From NCBI RefSeq assembly GCF_032191835.1, contig NC_083224.1:163680001-163744000 (forward strand): 64,000 bases of DNA, given 5' to 3'. This stretch comes from Heteronotia binoei. Lineage: Eukaryota. Shown here piece by piece: positions 52,434-63,700 of the stretch. The position numbers and the translations under genes were made by a program. A model generated the notes under the pieces. That model did not search any database. It had not been told where the DNA came from and was given only the letters and a program-made list of their open reading frames with translations. Every line of letters begins with the position of its first letter. The first letter of the stretch is position 1.

Positions 52434-53994
52434 AACTAGCATTACAATTCTAAGAACTTTTTCCTCGATGTAAGCACCACGGAGTAGACCTGAATGGGAT
52501 TCTGACTAAGCTTGCTAAGGAGGGCACTGATGAGTACTGTGACCAATAAAATCTGATGCTGATGTAAGAACATTTGAATTTTCCCAGATTTAAGAGGTGA
52601 TTTTTTTTCTGCACTAACACAGTGAAATTAGACAAAAGGCACTTTCTGAATATTTAAAACACATGGATTATAAAACTGAAAATGCAACAAAAAAAGAAAA
52701 TGTACCTTTTTGCACATACAGTTTATTGCCAGCTAAAAGCACAGGCAATGTGCACACTTCCATACAGCAAAGTACTTTACAACTGCGTGAAACTAAGTAT
52801 TTCCAGTTCATCCTAGTGGTGGAATGTTTGAGCATGTGATACTAATTCTTCATGGAAGTAGTAGACTGAGACTGCTACAGACAGACTAACACAGCTACTG
52901 ATCTTGATCTATTTTCATAGAGATGGCTCTCTCACCTGGCATATTGTTTTCTACTGCACCAAAAATCCTTTAGTTTCTCTATTTGAAAAAAAAAAAGTAC
53001 TGCATATATGCTATCAATTACTGGTGTGAATGTGGCAAATGACTGCTGAACACGCTGCCAACTTAACTGCCCTTTTGATAGATAGCAGCAGATACGCTTC
53101 TTTTTACTGAACATATTTGCTGAACATAAGGAAAGTGTGCTAGCTATTTCTACAGGTTTGGGTGATATATGCTGTCAAGAACTGCTAGCTAGACAGTTCC
53201 ATGCACCACAGAAAATCTTTTTTGTTCATTCAACATAATATGGAACATTTTACTTTTAAAATAAACTCTGAAGAATCTGTTTTGTGTAGAATTCTCACTG
53301 GTTGTCCTCAAACTCAGAATTCATCACCTGCAACCTGAACTTCAGTGGTAACATCTATATTCTATTCTATCTCCTCATTCTGTTGCATGTGTATACCGGG
53401 CTTCAGGTTACTGCATGTGAAACTTGAATCACAGCAATGTGCATTTCTGAAAGAATGGGTAGTGTATATTTCCTTGCCACAGCCAACATAGTGAACATAA
53501 AAATCTGCCTTATATTTAATCAGAGCAACGGTCCATCAAGGTCAGTTACTGTTTATTCTAACAGTAGCTTTCCAAAACCTCAAGCTGAGGCGTTTCACAT
53601 CACCTGCTACTTGATGACTGGAAATGCCAAACATGATACTCTACCACCAAGCCACAGCTCCCTTCCTCTCAGTTACAATATCATAGTAGTATTTAGGAGA
53701 CCATGGTTCAAATCCCTGTCCTGCTGTGAAAATCACTGGCCAACACTGGGGCAGTCAGTCACCATTCTTCTCTCTCAATTCCCTCAAAAAGCCATAACAA
53801 GAGCAATGCAATTGAGGAATCTGCCTTGAGAGCATGATGCTGAGAGATGTGGGGGGGGGGGAGGGGGGCAAGATCATGGCTAAAATAAAGATTGTTATTA
53901 TGACTCTCTCATTTTCGCATTTACCTTTCTACTGCTATTATGAAAGCAAAGGGAATGCAATTTTATATTCTTGACTCAGCAGCAAAATTAACTA

Positions 53995-54240
53995 AATAGG
54001 AGTCAAGTTGCACCTTTAAGACCAACTTAGTTTCGTGCGCTCTAAGCTTAGCTTTCATGCGCTCTAAGCACATTTCATTAGAGGAGGAATCCGGTACAGT
54101 GAGCAGAGCCACACATAGCTGGTAGGTAGTGGATCAGAATGCAAATTGGTACAAAATTTAAGATCCAATGACAGAATAGTAAAATTATCTGGTAGGCAGT
54201 GGTTTAGAATGCAAAATGGTACAGATCCAACGGCTAGTTA
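53995..54240. mobile_element. Penelope-like terminal (pLTR/hammerhead) relic
   Basis: aggagtcaagttgcacctttaagaccaac...gctttcatgcgctctaagcacatttcattag, followed by a ~70-bp direct duplication. Confidence 0.6.
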
Positions 54241-54691
54241 TGGTACTGCCTCCCTCACAGAGCTGTAATGAGGAAAAGAATCGAAGACAGCAAGCTAGAC
54301 CACTCACCTTGTACTCTTTGAAAAACAAAAGCACTTAATAAACAATAATTATCACTTAACTCATACAGGGAGCTCTCCAGCAAACCCTCTGAGGCAATAT
54401 CGCAATTTCTCCTCTTCTCTCCGCAGTCGCTCTTTCCCGCTTTCTTTCATTAAGCAAGATCTCTTTTTGAAAAGAGGATTTCTTCCCCCTTTCACCCCCC
54501 CCCCCCGGTATATAACAGAGCTCTTCCCAACTCCTTTCAGTTTTTGGAAGGTATAAAGGCGGGGAGGGGGCTGATGTGTGTGAAAAAAACCCCGTCATCC
54601 TTGAAAAGTGGTTTCTGGTACAAAAAGCGAAGACACACAGACCGCCCCCTTCCCAATTCCCACCCAACCGTTCCCGCCCAACTCACCGTAC

Positions 54692-54900
54692 CTGAGCGGT
54701 GAACCGCAGCTACTTGCGGGACTCGCAAAGAGAGCAGCAAATCCAAAAGAGCTCCGGCCAGTGACGGAGAACGAAGATTTCGTTTTCTCCTCAGGATCCT
54801 TTCAAGCTTGCTTCTCCCAACCCCTGACAACTTCCCTCACGTCCGGGTAGTAGGAAGAGACCCGGATGGAGAAGCTCAGCATTATTATCCCCGCCCTTCT
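54692..54900 (-). other. RO60: Probable non-coding first exon of RO60 (5' boundary approximate)
   Basis: Within the CpG island. Tandem minus-strand donors CTCAG|gtacgg (54692) and TACG|gtgagt (54687). The first coding exon has an acceptor, so an upstream exon is required. Confidence 0.55.
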
Positions 54901-55524
54901 TCTTTCCGGGTAACAGAGATACCCGCAAAAGTTAGAAAGACCCGGATGATCCTACCCCCCTTCCCTTCTTGAATGCTCGTGCAGAGAGATAAATTGGTCT
55001 GTTCACAACCTGAACAACCGGCATTGTCAAGACTTCTATGTGTCACTGGCTATAATTCACTCCATGTCCATCATAGCGGAACTGTCTACCAGCGGCAGGG
55101 AATGTCACATAAGACTGGAAGAAGTGATAGGGAGCTTTCCGGTGGGGCTCAGTCGTAATCAACGCATGCGACGTAACACAACACCAATAATGACTTTTGC
55201 GTTCTACCACGCACGCATTCAACTCGAAACCAGAAGAAAACATGGAGACGTGCGTGGCCTTTTTCTACCTCTATGAAATAGTCAGGCTAGAGAGTCCTTT
55301 CATCTCGTTGGTGGATTTCCGGCCGCTTTTTTCTAAGCTATGATGATGACGTGATGCTCTTGGCAATGGTCCGAGGTAGGAAGTCGCAGAGGCTTTCGGG
55401 AAAGGGGGCGGGCTGTGCGTCCTGTACGTACGTGCGTGCGTGGGGTTGGCGGGTGGCGTGAGGCTGCCGGCGGTGAGGGAAAGTCGAGCCTGTGCGGTGA
55501 CGAGGCCGTGGCTGGGCTGGAGCC

Positions 55525-55606
55525 ATGGCGGGAGGAGGCAGCGCCGGCGAGTGGTGCCTCATGGAGAGTGACCCGGGCGTCTTCACGGAGCTTATCAAGG
55601 GGTTCG
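55525..55606 (+). CDS. UCHL5: Ubiquitin C-terminal hydrolase L5 (UCH37) exon 1
   Basis: 82 nt, MAGGGSAGEWCLMESDPGVFTELIKGF(G). Kozak gccATGG; donor gtgagg. Confidence 0.97.
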
Positions 55607-56409
55607 GTGAGGTTTGGGGGCTTGTCGGTGGTGGGCTCGAGGGAGGGTAGCAGGAGGGCCAACGGAGCCGCCACGTTTGCCGGGTTCTGATTCAAAACAA
55701 TTGCCTCTGAGCATTTGCTGGGTGCCTCTCTTTTGTCAAGGGAACATAGCCAAAGGTCAGGATTTCTCCCTCTTCCCCAGGACGCAGGATTTCTGAGGCA
55801 CCTGCAAAGCGTCTTTAGCTTTTGATATGAAGTCTTTTCTCTTTTTTGTAGGGGGAAAAGCCAGCTTTTAAATATATTTCAAAGCAGGAAAAACTCGAAC
55901 ATATTCTTTTTCTCACTTTTCTTTCCTGCTCACACGTAAATAAATATGCAGGATAAAATCTTGCGAGGCTAATAAATTCTGCATGGCTGGCAAGTGATGG
56001 TGCTATACTTGTAATGGGGTGGGGGAAATCTGCTGTTAGCTTTTCTTCAGGCACACCGCTGTTTTCATTGCACATTTAAGTTTATAAGGTGTTGAAAATC
56101 GGGAGCCTGTGTTCAAGCAGTCGCTCAGGGCTTCTTTACATGCTTCTAGTTCCTGTGAATGCCCAAAAGCCATGTCAGCTTTATATAAGATGAAATAAGT
56201 GTATGTTTGCTGCAGCCGGTCCCTCAAATATGTGACTTTACAACACAGTTGCAAGTATGCATTTGTGCTATAGAAGTAGTTTTAGGTGTGCGGTGCTAAC
56301 AATATCTAATGGAAATTGTATGCATAGTGTATGAACATCAAATATGTGTCATGCTGCTATGCATTAGTATGAAGGTCACATGGACTGCAGTGTATGCTTG
56401 CTTGCAAAC

Positions 56410-56522
56410 TGTCCATAATGTGTGAGGTGGCTCACGGCCATTAAGGTACAACCTAACCTATCATTCAGGTTTGTTGGGAAGTTAAGCTATCATTCTGAGC
56501 TCCCTGGAAGGAATGAATATGT
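56410..56522 (+). ncRNA. Tentative H/ACA scaRNA (U109/SCARNA18-like) in UCHL5 intron 1
   Basis: Two adjacent hairpins (56410-56450, 56461-56516), each containing UGAG. Ends AUA plus 3 nt; CAGGU at 56466-56470 is complementary to U1 nt 7-11. The H box is non-canonical and the second half of the guide pocket is missing. From memory, U109-type scaRNAs are hosted by UCHL5 intron 1. Confidence 0.3.
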
Positions 56523-56699
56523 ATTAATTTTGAAAAGTAGTTTCTTGTCAAAGATCAACAACACATGTCAGTCTGGCTAGCTCCTGGATTCTAAGTAAAT
56601 CCTTTTAGAAAGCTACTGTTTTAATGTTTAGTAAGTGGTGATACTGTTTATCTGTTTGGCTCATATAAACAGGGTGGGTGCTTCAGGCACTTTAATAGT

Positions 56700-57260
56700 G
56701 TATTTATTTATTTGATTTAAATCCCACCCTCCCCTGCAAGCAGACTCGGAGACAATTAAAACATGAAAACAAGCAACAATTGACTAACAACAAAATTACT
56801 AGTCAGACCAAAGATTCCAGTTGTTCCAGGAGTTCAGGTGTGTCCTGAAGGAAGCTAATTAAGATAATAAAATAGCTACTTTTTGGAGGGTGATGCTTCT
56901 TGTTCTTTTACAGGATATGTAATAAAGGGCACTTGTAACAGTACAAACCGTACAAGTAGGAGTGGCCAGGATGGATTAGACATCTGCTACCTCAGCCATA
57001 GCCCTGGTGAAACAGCTCCGTTTTACAGGAGCTGCAGAATCGTAATAAGTCCAGCAGGACCCTGCTCTCCAATGGAATCATGTTCTACCAGGCCAGGGAT
57101 TTTTCAGGAAAAGCCCTGCCCCTTGTTGATGCTAAATGGACATTGTTCAGGCTGGAGACTACCACAAGGTGTTGGTCAGCTGAGTGTAACACTCTTTGGG
57201 GCACATATGGGGAGAGTTTGTCCTGTACGTATGCTGGTCCCTGGTCACATAGAGTTTTAA
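56700..57260 (-). mobile_element. L2 LINE 3' fragment
   Basis: ORF 57085-57276 gives GPAYVQDKLSPYVPQRVLHSADQHLVVV...LASTRGRAF, the L2 ORF2 C-terminus; (ttta)n tail at ~56700. Confidence 0.75.
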
Positions 57261-57269
57261 AGGTTTGAC

Positions 57270-57480
57270 TTAGCATGACATAGTGGTTAGCATTGAACTA
57301 GGTATTGGGGAACCCATATTTGAATTGTCTCTCTGCCTTGGAAGGTTGCAGGTTGACTTTGGGCCAGTCACATACCGTCAGCCTAACCTACCTCACAGAG
57401 TTGTTAAGAGAAAATGGAAGAGGGGAGAACATGGTAAGCTGCTTTGGGTCCCTACCAGGGAGAAAGGTTGAGTATACATG
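57270..57480 (+). mobile_element. Degenerate tRNA-derived SINE
   Basis: catagtggttag...ttgggccagtcac...cagcctaacctacctcacagagttgtt...gtaagctgctttgggtccc. Confidence 0.7.
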
Positions 57481-57534
57481 AAGTGCATTGTCCTACCTTC
57501 ATGATGAACACAATGGTATCTAAATACCTTAGTG

Positions 57535-58133
57535 CAGAGGTATCGAACTCATGAGGGCTAGATCTAACATAAATGAGATCTTGTTGGGCCGAGCCATGTT
57601 GGGCTGGGCCATATGTGTACCTATTTAAGATTAGGTTACAAAGATATAAACTTTATAAAGGACACAGACAAACACAAAGGTTTTTTTAAAAAATCTTAAA
57701 ACATGCTTAAAACATTAGAACTCATTGGCCTTAAAGATGCTTTCTTTGTATCTCTCCCATGGGATCCAGAGAACTGGGCAAAGAAAGCTCTGGCTCTTTC
57801 TTTCCTTCCCCAGGAGGTCAGGAAGGGGAGGAGCCTCAGCCAATAGAAGGAACAGAGGCATGGCTCAGTAGCTCTCTGCAATTGAGAGAGCCTGGCAAAG
57901 CAAGCACTCCCTCCCCACTTCCTCCTCAAGGGAGAAGCCTGAGCCAATGGAGGAAATAGAGACTTTGTGGTGTAGCTCCTGTGCGATTGCGCAAGCCTTG
58001 CAAAGCAAGCTGTTATGCAGAAGGAAGCAAGAGAGAGGGAGAAGGAAGCAGATGACAGCCAATTGCTTGGGGGCCTGATAGGAGCCCTCCGAGGGCCTGT
58101 TTCGGCCCCCAGATCGCATGTTTGACACTTCTG
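57535..58133. mobile_element. ~600-bp hAT MITE
   Basis: Ends cagaggtatcgaac / gtttgacacttctg; perfect 8-bp TSD ccttagtg. Confidence 0.9.
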
Positions 58134-58377
58134 CCTTAGTGCTTATAATCCAAAATGCTTATACTGCAAACTTCCAGAACTGGTGTCTGTTAGAACTCTA
58201 AGCAGGCAGAAGTAATATATCTAAAGTTTTGGGGTGTATGGTTTCTTAGAATCTACTATGCAAGATTAAATATTCTGAATTTGAAGGTTTCTGCAATATT
58301 CTGGCTTTTGTGACTTCTGTAATTTTTTACAATTTGGTAAGTATAATACAATAAAAACTGTACAAGAACACGTAGAG

Positions 58378-58980
58378 CAGGGGTGTCAAACTCATTCGTT
58401 ATGAGGGCCAGATCTGACCTAAATGAGACTTTGTCGGGCCGGGCCATGTATATACCTATTTAAGATTAGGTATCAGAGATACAAACTTTATAAAGGACAC
58501 AGACAAACACAATTAAAGATTTTTTTTAAAAAAAAAGCTTAAAGCATTCTTAAAACATTAACACGTGTTGGTCTTAAAGGTGCTTTTGTTGTATCTCTGC
58601 CTTGGGATCCAGGGAGCTGGGCAAAGGAAGCTCTGGCTCTTTCCTCCCCTCCCCAGGGGACCAGGAAGTGGGGAGGAGCCTCAGCCAATAGAATAAAGAG
58701 GATTGGCTTAATAGCTCTGCTGTGTGATTGTGAGAGCCTGGCAAACCAAGCTCTCCCTCCCCATTTCCTCCTCAAAGGAGGAGCCTCAGCAAATGGAGAA
58801 AACAGAGGCTTTGCTCTGTTGCTCTGCTGTGCAATTGAGCAAGCCTTGGAAAGCAAGCTGTTATGCAGAAGGAAGCAAGAGAGAGGGAGAAGGAAGCAGA
58901 TGACAGCCAGTTGCTTGGGGGCCTGATATGAGCTCTCCGGGATCCTGATTCAGCCCCTGGGCCACATGTTTGACACCCCT
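58378..58980. mobile_element. ~600-bp hAT MITE (same family and orientation as 57535)
   Basis: Ends caggggtgtcaaac / gtttgacacccct; TSD acgtagag/aagtggag (6/8). Confidence 0.88.
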
Positions 58981-59086
58981 AAGTGGAGGGTATTGTTTCT
59001 TTGTATATTGAACTAGGTTGATTAGGTAAGTGTGTCTTCCTTGTAATCATTCTTACATAGAAAGCTAAAGTATTTGTTTTTTTCAG

Positions 59087-59150
59087 GTTGTAGGGGTGCA
59101 CAGGTTGAAGAAATATGGAGTCTGGAGCCAGAGAACTTTGAAAAGTTAAA
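59087..59150 (+). CDS. UCHL5: UCHL5 exon 2
   Basis: 64 nt, (G)CRGAQVEEIWSLEPENFEKL(K). Acceptor ttttttcag, donor gtaagt. Confidence 0.97.
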
Positions 59151-59599
59151 GTAAGTTTATCATTTCAAAAGAATCAGTTTAACTTTTTGCAGTCTTATTA
59201 TTAATAACTTTGTGTAAAGTGCTCAAAGAAGCTGAGAAATTTATCAGACCTATTGAACCCCTGGCCAGTTCTGACACTTTCATTGATGAAATTTAATTCA
59301 ACAGTTTTATGTTGGAGCCTTCCTTGTTCAGGGCACCAGTATCCTGATGTGGGAGGATTTCAGAGGGTTGTTTCCCCAGCCTCAGAAAAACATAAGTATT
59401 CTGTGATTTTACGCTGCATGGCTCTGGGCAGTTGCTACCCGAGCTTTTATTAGTAGATGACACAGAGTGCCAGTTTTTTTGTATATGCATATCTCATTAG
59501 CCTCAGTTGAATTAGTTTCTAATAAGTATGTTTAAGGTTTTAGATGTATGTACTTTATTGGGTTTCTTATTAAACTTTTTTTCCCTTCTCTTGATATAG

Positions 59600-59705
59600 G
59601 CCAGTTCATGGGCTAATTTTTCTGTTCAAGTGGCAACCAGGTGAAGAACCAGCTGGCTCTGTTGTCCAGGATTCCAGATTAGATACAATATTTTTTGCTA
59701 AACAG
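59600..59705 (+). CDS. UCHL5: UCHL5 exon 3 (exon 4, with catalytic INNAC, not found in window)
   Basis: 106 nt, PVHGLIFLFKWQPGEEPAGSVVQDSRLDTIFFAKQ. Acceptor gatatag, donor gtacag. Confidence 0.97.
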
Positions 59706-60529
59706 GTACAGTAAGTTGAACAATTCCTTTTATGTGGCAATTCCTACTTAGATATAATAATTGAAAATTGCAATGGTGGAAGATAATGTAATCAGAAAGG
59801 CAACCTAGCAGAACAGGTTGCTCAGTGATAGATCAGATAAGTCACCACAGGCAATGAAGGGTGTGTGTGTGTGTGCCTGTATATTAAAATGAGTTTTCAA
59901 TTAATTGTGCTAAAGATATAGTCAGAAATGATAAGGTGGTCTTGAGCAGCTATATGCTTGAAACTATGCTAATTCTGAGAAGCAAAACATGTATAGCACT
60001 GAGGATGTTTAGGAAATGGCTTTTATTCTTGTTCCAGCCTATTACTTGTTATGCCAGATAGTAAGAAATTTCCCTATTGCTTAATACAAAATCCTTTGTT
60101 TGTTAGTTTCTTTGACTAATGGTATTAAGCTTAGCATAATGAACAGGGCATTGAATAAAACTGCAAACAAAGGCAAATTTACAGAAACAAAATTCCACAA
60201 TAGTTTAAAAATCGAGTTAAAATAAAAAATTACATACAATTGTTATTAAATTCGTAAAACGCCTTAGAATTTAAAAAAAATTATTATGAATTTATAGTGC
60301 ATAATATTGATGAGGTCAGTTTCAGGAACGTTTTAAGGAAAGCACTATCGACAGGTATTTTGCCACCGAGCCGGTTATTTCATGGCTGGTATCTGCCAAT
60401 AATAGGATTATCATCCAAAGTTCCATCAGAAGTATAAATATACTTTGCTTTGGAAATGAATTGTATAATATAATGTACATGATTTCCAAGAGAGGCATAA
60501 CCAGCCAGTCACTATCTTTAGGTAGTGAC

Positions 60530-60722
60530 CCGTGTTCCCTCTAAGCTGACTTAGCGTGAGCTAGCTTACAGATTTTTAGTCTCCAGCTCAAACATTTTTG
60601 TCTTAGCTCAGGAAGGATGACTCTAGAGCACACTAATTTATGCAGCAGCTCACAACATTAAAACCAGTGGATCACAAAGTAGAATTTTGCTCACAAGACT
60701 CTGCAGCTTAGAGGGAACACTA
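60530..60722. mobile_element. ~190-bp hAT-type MITE
   Basis: Perfect 17-bp inverted ends gtgttccctctaagctg / cagcttagagggaacac; TSD not retained. Confidence 0.75.
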
Positions 60723-62469
60723 CCATGTTACTTCTCAAAAGAGGTGCCATTTCATTTTAGGTGAAAACCTTTTTATTTCTTCTATAAAATTATAAGGGAA
60801 ACTGAGGCAGGACAGGTTAGAGTACCATTCTGACAGAGACAGTCAATCTTGTGACCCTTCCTACATTAACTATCTTCTATGAAGAGGAGACAATCTTTCC
60901 TGCTGTTCTGGGCACAAACTTCATATCTGCTAGCTGGGTCTGTAGACTGATCACTTTGCATCAGTTCTGTTCCTTTCTCCTTTTGTGGCTGGTACAAATG
61001 CAAATTGTCATAATTTTGAAGGGTAAAAATAAATACCATTTAAGTCAGAGGCATTTTATTTAGTGCAAGTGCCCTCTGCATTGAAATAACAGTGAAATAA
61101 TCCACTTGCTTTGTAATGCACTCATGGTTTGAGAAACTTGGCCTAGCTGTGAGAATTCAGAGAAAAGCATCTTTCCTTAATTGCTCAACTCCTAGCCTTT
61201 TTAAAGCATTTTTTTTTGCATTGTTAGGCTTGTTTCATCCTCTCCTCTTCTGGTTTTCTTTTGAATCCTGCCAGGAATCATATCCCGAGAGCAAACCTTT
61301 TGTAGTATAACCATGCTACAATCCTACTATTTCCTGTTCTGCATGCATTCCTCAGCTTCCCTTTGTTCTACAGCCAAATGTGAAAGTGTAGTTGTTCCTC
61401 TAGCATTGTGGCTTGACTTTTTAAAATTAATTTTGAGCAAGTTCTTTACCATACTTGTGTTTGTTGACTCTTTAGTTTGACATGCCTTAATTCTTTTCAC
61501 TTAAAAAGCAGTGCAGTAGCACTGCATCTAAGAGTAAGGATATATTTAAATTCTGTAGATTGTTTCAAAATATTGCATTAAATGTTTAACGTAAGAATGA
61601 AGAGGACAAGAATACCAAGAAATCCAAAGTAACTTTACATTTTGTACTAACTTAATTCAACAGGATACTTTACGTTCCCCGAAGATAAAATATTGTCATT
61701 ATTGCTGCAGTAAACTGATTCCCAGTGAACTATTTTTATTGTGAAATGCTTTTTAGACTTGCAGTTCAAAGAGCTGGCACTTGATGGCACCTGTACAGTG
61801 TTGAAAAGGGGATTTTTATAGCGTCATATAGCAGAACAGGTTTTGCCACTCGTACGGCTAAATTTCTTCTAAATTTGTATGAACTAAATGCTCTGGATTT
61901 CTAGACCATTTTTTAAATAAAGTTGTTGCAAGGAAGTAAAAACCATAATAATTTTTCAAATGCGTTTGGAGTTGATGACGAATTAAAGAAAGGAGGGACA
62001 GGTTGAAATCCTTTTCCCCTAGTAAATCTCCTCCCTCCAGAGTTTACTCTGAAGAGATCAAGCAGACTGGTAACCCACCCAGCTGACTTTTGTCTGCTTT
62101 CAGTGTCTCATTCTCTCCCTCTCAGATTATCAGTCCTCATCCCAAAGGGTTTTAGGGCAGTGGGGTTTTTTTCCCTTTTGGTTAGTTAGTTGGTTTACAG
62201 AGTTATATTTTTCTGCATGCGTAGGGAGTCTTCTCTGTGGACAGGGTTGTACTGTTTTTTTGTAATCTGTGGGGTGGTGCACTAACAGTTTATTACTAGA
62301 TACAGTGATTTATGGCTCTAGTGTGCAAGATATCAAAAATTCATCAGCTTGCATAAAAGCCAGTAGACTAAAAGATGATAATTCAGATAGTGGGAAAGGG
62401 AAGGACGTAGGGAGTACCTGTTGAAAAAGTCCTGCTCATAATGGGCCACAGCATAGTGTCTGCTTGAAA

Positions 62470-63700
62470 TGGAATTTGAAGTGGTCTTGTTGGCAGAATT
62501 TAACAAGCAGGAGGATATGTATGAGCAGACATTCTCTTAGATGTTTCATTCTTTAAAGGTTAAAACCAGCACTTTGAATTGAGCCTAGGTGGTCATTGAC
62601 GTTGTTGGATGATGAATGAAATGTGCTCCCTCCTTACATCTTTTGAAAGGCCAATAGCGTTTTGGACCAGCTGATGTTCTGGGGGATGGGCTAACCCCAC
62701 TTAGGCTACATTATTTTAGTCTACCCTGGAAATGACAAGGGCATGGATGACAGTGACCACTTTTTCAGCTTTTGTTTTTGCTGTGTAAGGTCCTGAGGCA
62801 GCTTGCGACAAATAAGCAGATGAAATAATTTGAAGAAGAAGAACCCTTCTCTCTGAAACACACTTAACCACTACACCAAACTGGCTCTCCGCCACACCCC
62901 CTGACCCCCAGTATTGTCAATAGGTAGAAATGTTCAATAGCAACAGTGTTTGGAACAAGTCAAAAGCAGCAGAACAAACGGTTTTAGTAGGCCAGGATGT
63001 GCAGAAATTATGTTAAAAGGTCAACAGAGCAAGGCCCTGTCAACAAAAAGGTGTTCTTCTGATGCTGGTATCTGAGCAGTTTCTGTGTCAGCCCAGTACT
63101 TGTGCAGAGGGCATCTTACAACCATGTCATCAAAGATGGTGCTCTGTTTCTAGTGACATATTCCCTCCTGCTTCAGAAAAATGGGCCACTCATAACAGGG
63201 CAGGTTCATATGAGAACAGATGATCCTTGAAATACCTGGATCCCAGGGCAAAGGTGATAATCAGCACTTTTGAATTCTTTCGAGACACCAGTGGAATGGA
63301 GATCATAGGTAATATATGTTGCCTATATCTTATGCCAGTCAGCAGTCTTATTGCTGCATCTTACACTAATTGAAGTTTCTAAACAGTATTCGAAGACAGC
63401 CCCTTGCAGAGTGGATTACACTAGCTTTAACGGATGTGATCAGTGCTTCTGTAACTATGATCAAATCATGCTTCCCTGGTAAGGCTAAAGCCAACAAATG
63501 AAGTTAAGTTGGCTTAAGTTGCTGCATGCACAGAGCTTCCATCTGTAATTGTGAGTCTAGTGCTATCACCAAGGTGTGAACCTGCTCTTTCAGGAGAGTG
63601 CAGCTCCATCCAAAATGGGCTGGCTCCTGAGTCACTGTGACAAGTAGTAGATTCCAGTAGCATTCCAGTACAGTGCTACATTTCTTAAAGTGCCATCAAA
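62470..63700 (-). mobile_element. Degenerate L2 LINE fragments
   Basis: ttaaaggttaaaaccagcactttgaattgagcc, ttttggaccagctg and gggcatggatgacagtgacc are antisense L2 ORF2 phrases. Confidence 0.55.
62832..62887 (-). mobile_element. Internally deleted SINE (head fused to tail)
   Basis: Minus strand gagccagtttggtgtagtggttaagtg joined directly to agagaagggttcttcttcttc. Confidence 0.6.

Larger units (their letters stand above)
54400..55720. promoter_or_regulatory. CpG island / bidirectional promoter shared by RO60 (-) and UCHL5 (+)
   Basis: CpG-rich. ETS-like TTCCGG at ~54904, 55137 and 55317; NRF1-like CGCATGCG at 55163-55170; CRE-like TGACGTGA at ~55347. Confidence 0.85.

Noticed and set aside
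53850-53870. Long G/C homopolymer runs (also near 1818, 11280, 16763, 19190, 45266)
   Set aside because: Simple runs, mostly within repeats and prone to sequencing length error; no evidence of function.
26000-55500. Y RNA gene next to RO60 (as in bacterial Ro/Y loci)
   Set aside because: No GGCUGGUCCG 5' stem with a matching 3' stem and U-tract seen by eye; vertebrate Y RNAs are normally unlinked. A cmsearch would be definitive.
56200-56276. AGUAU 16 nt before an ANANNA box, as an alternative U1-guide pocket
   Set aside because: AGUAU falls inside a 10-bp stem, no CAGG partner exists, and the segment translates like an L2 relic (YLRDRL).
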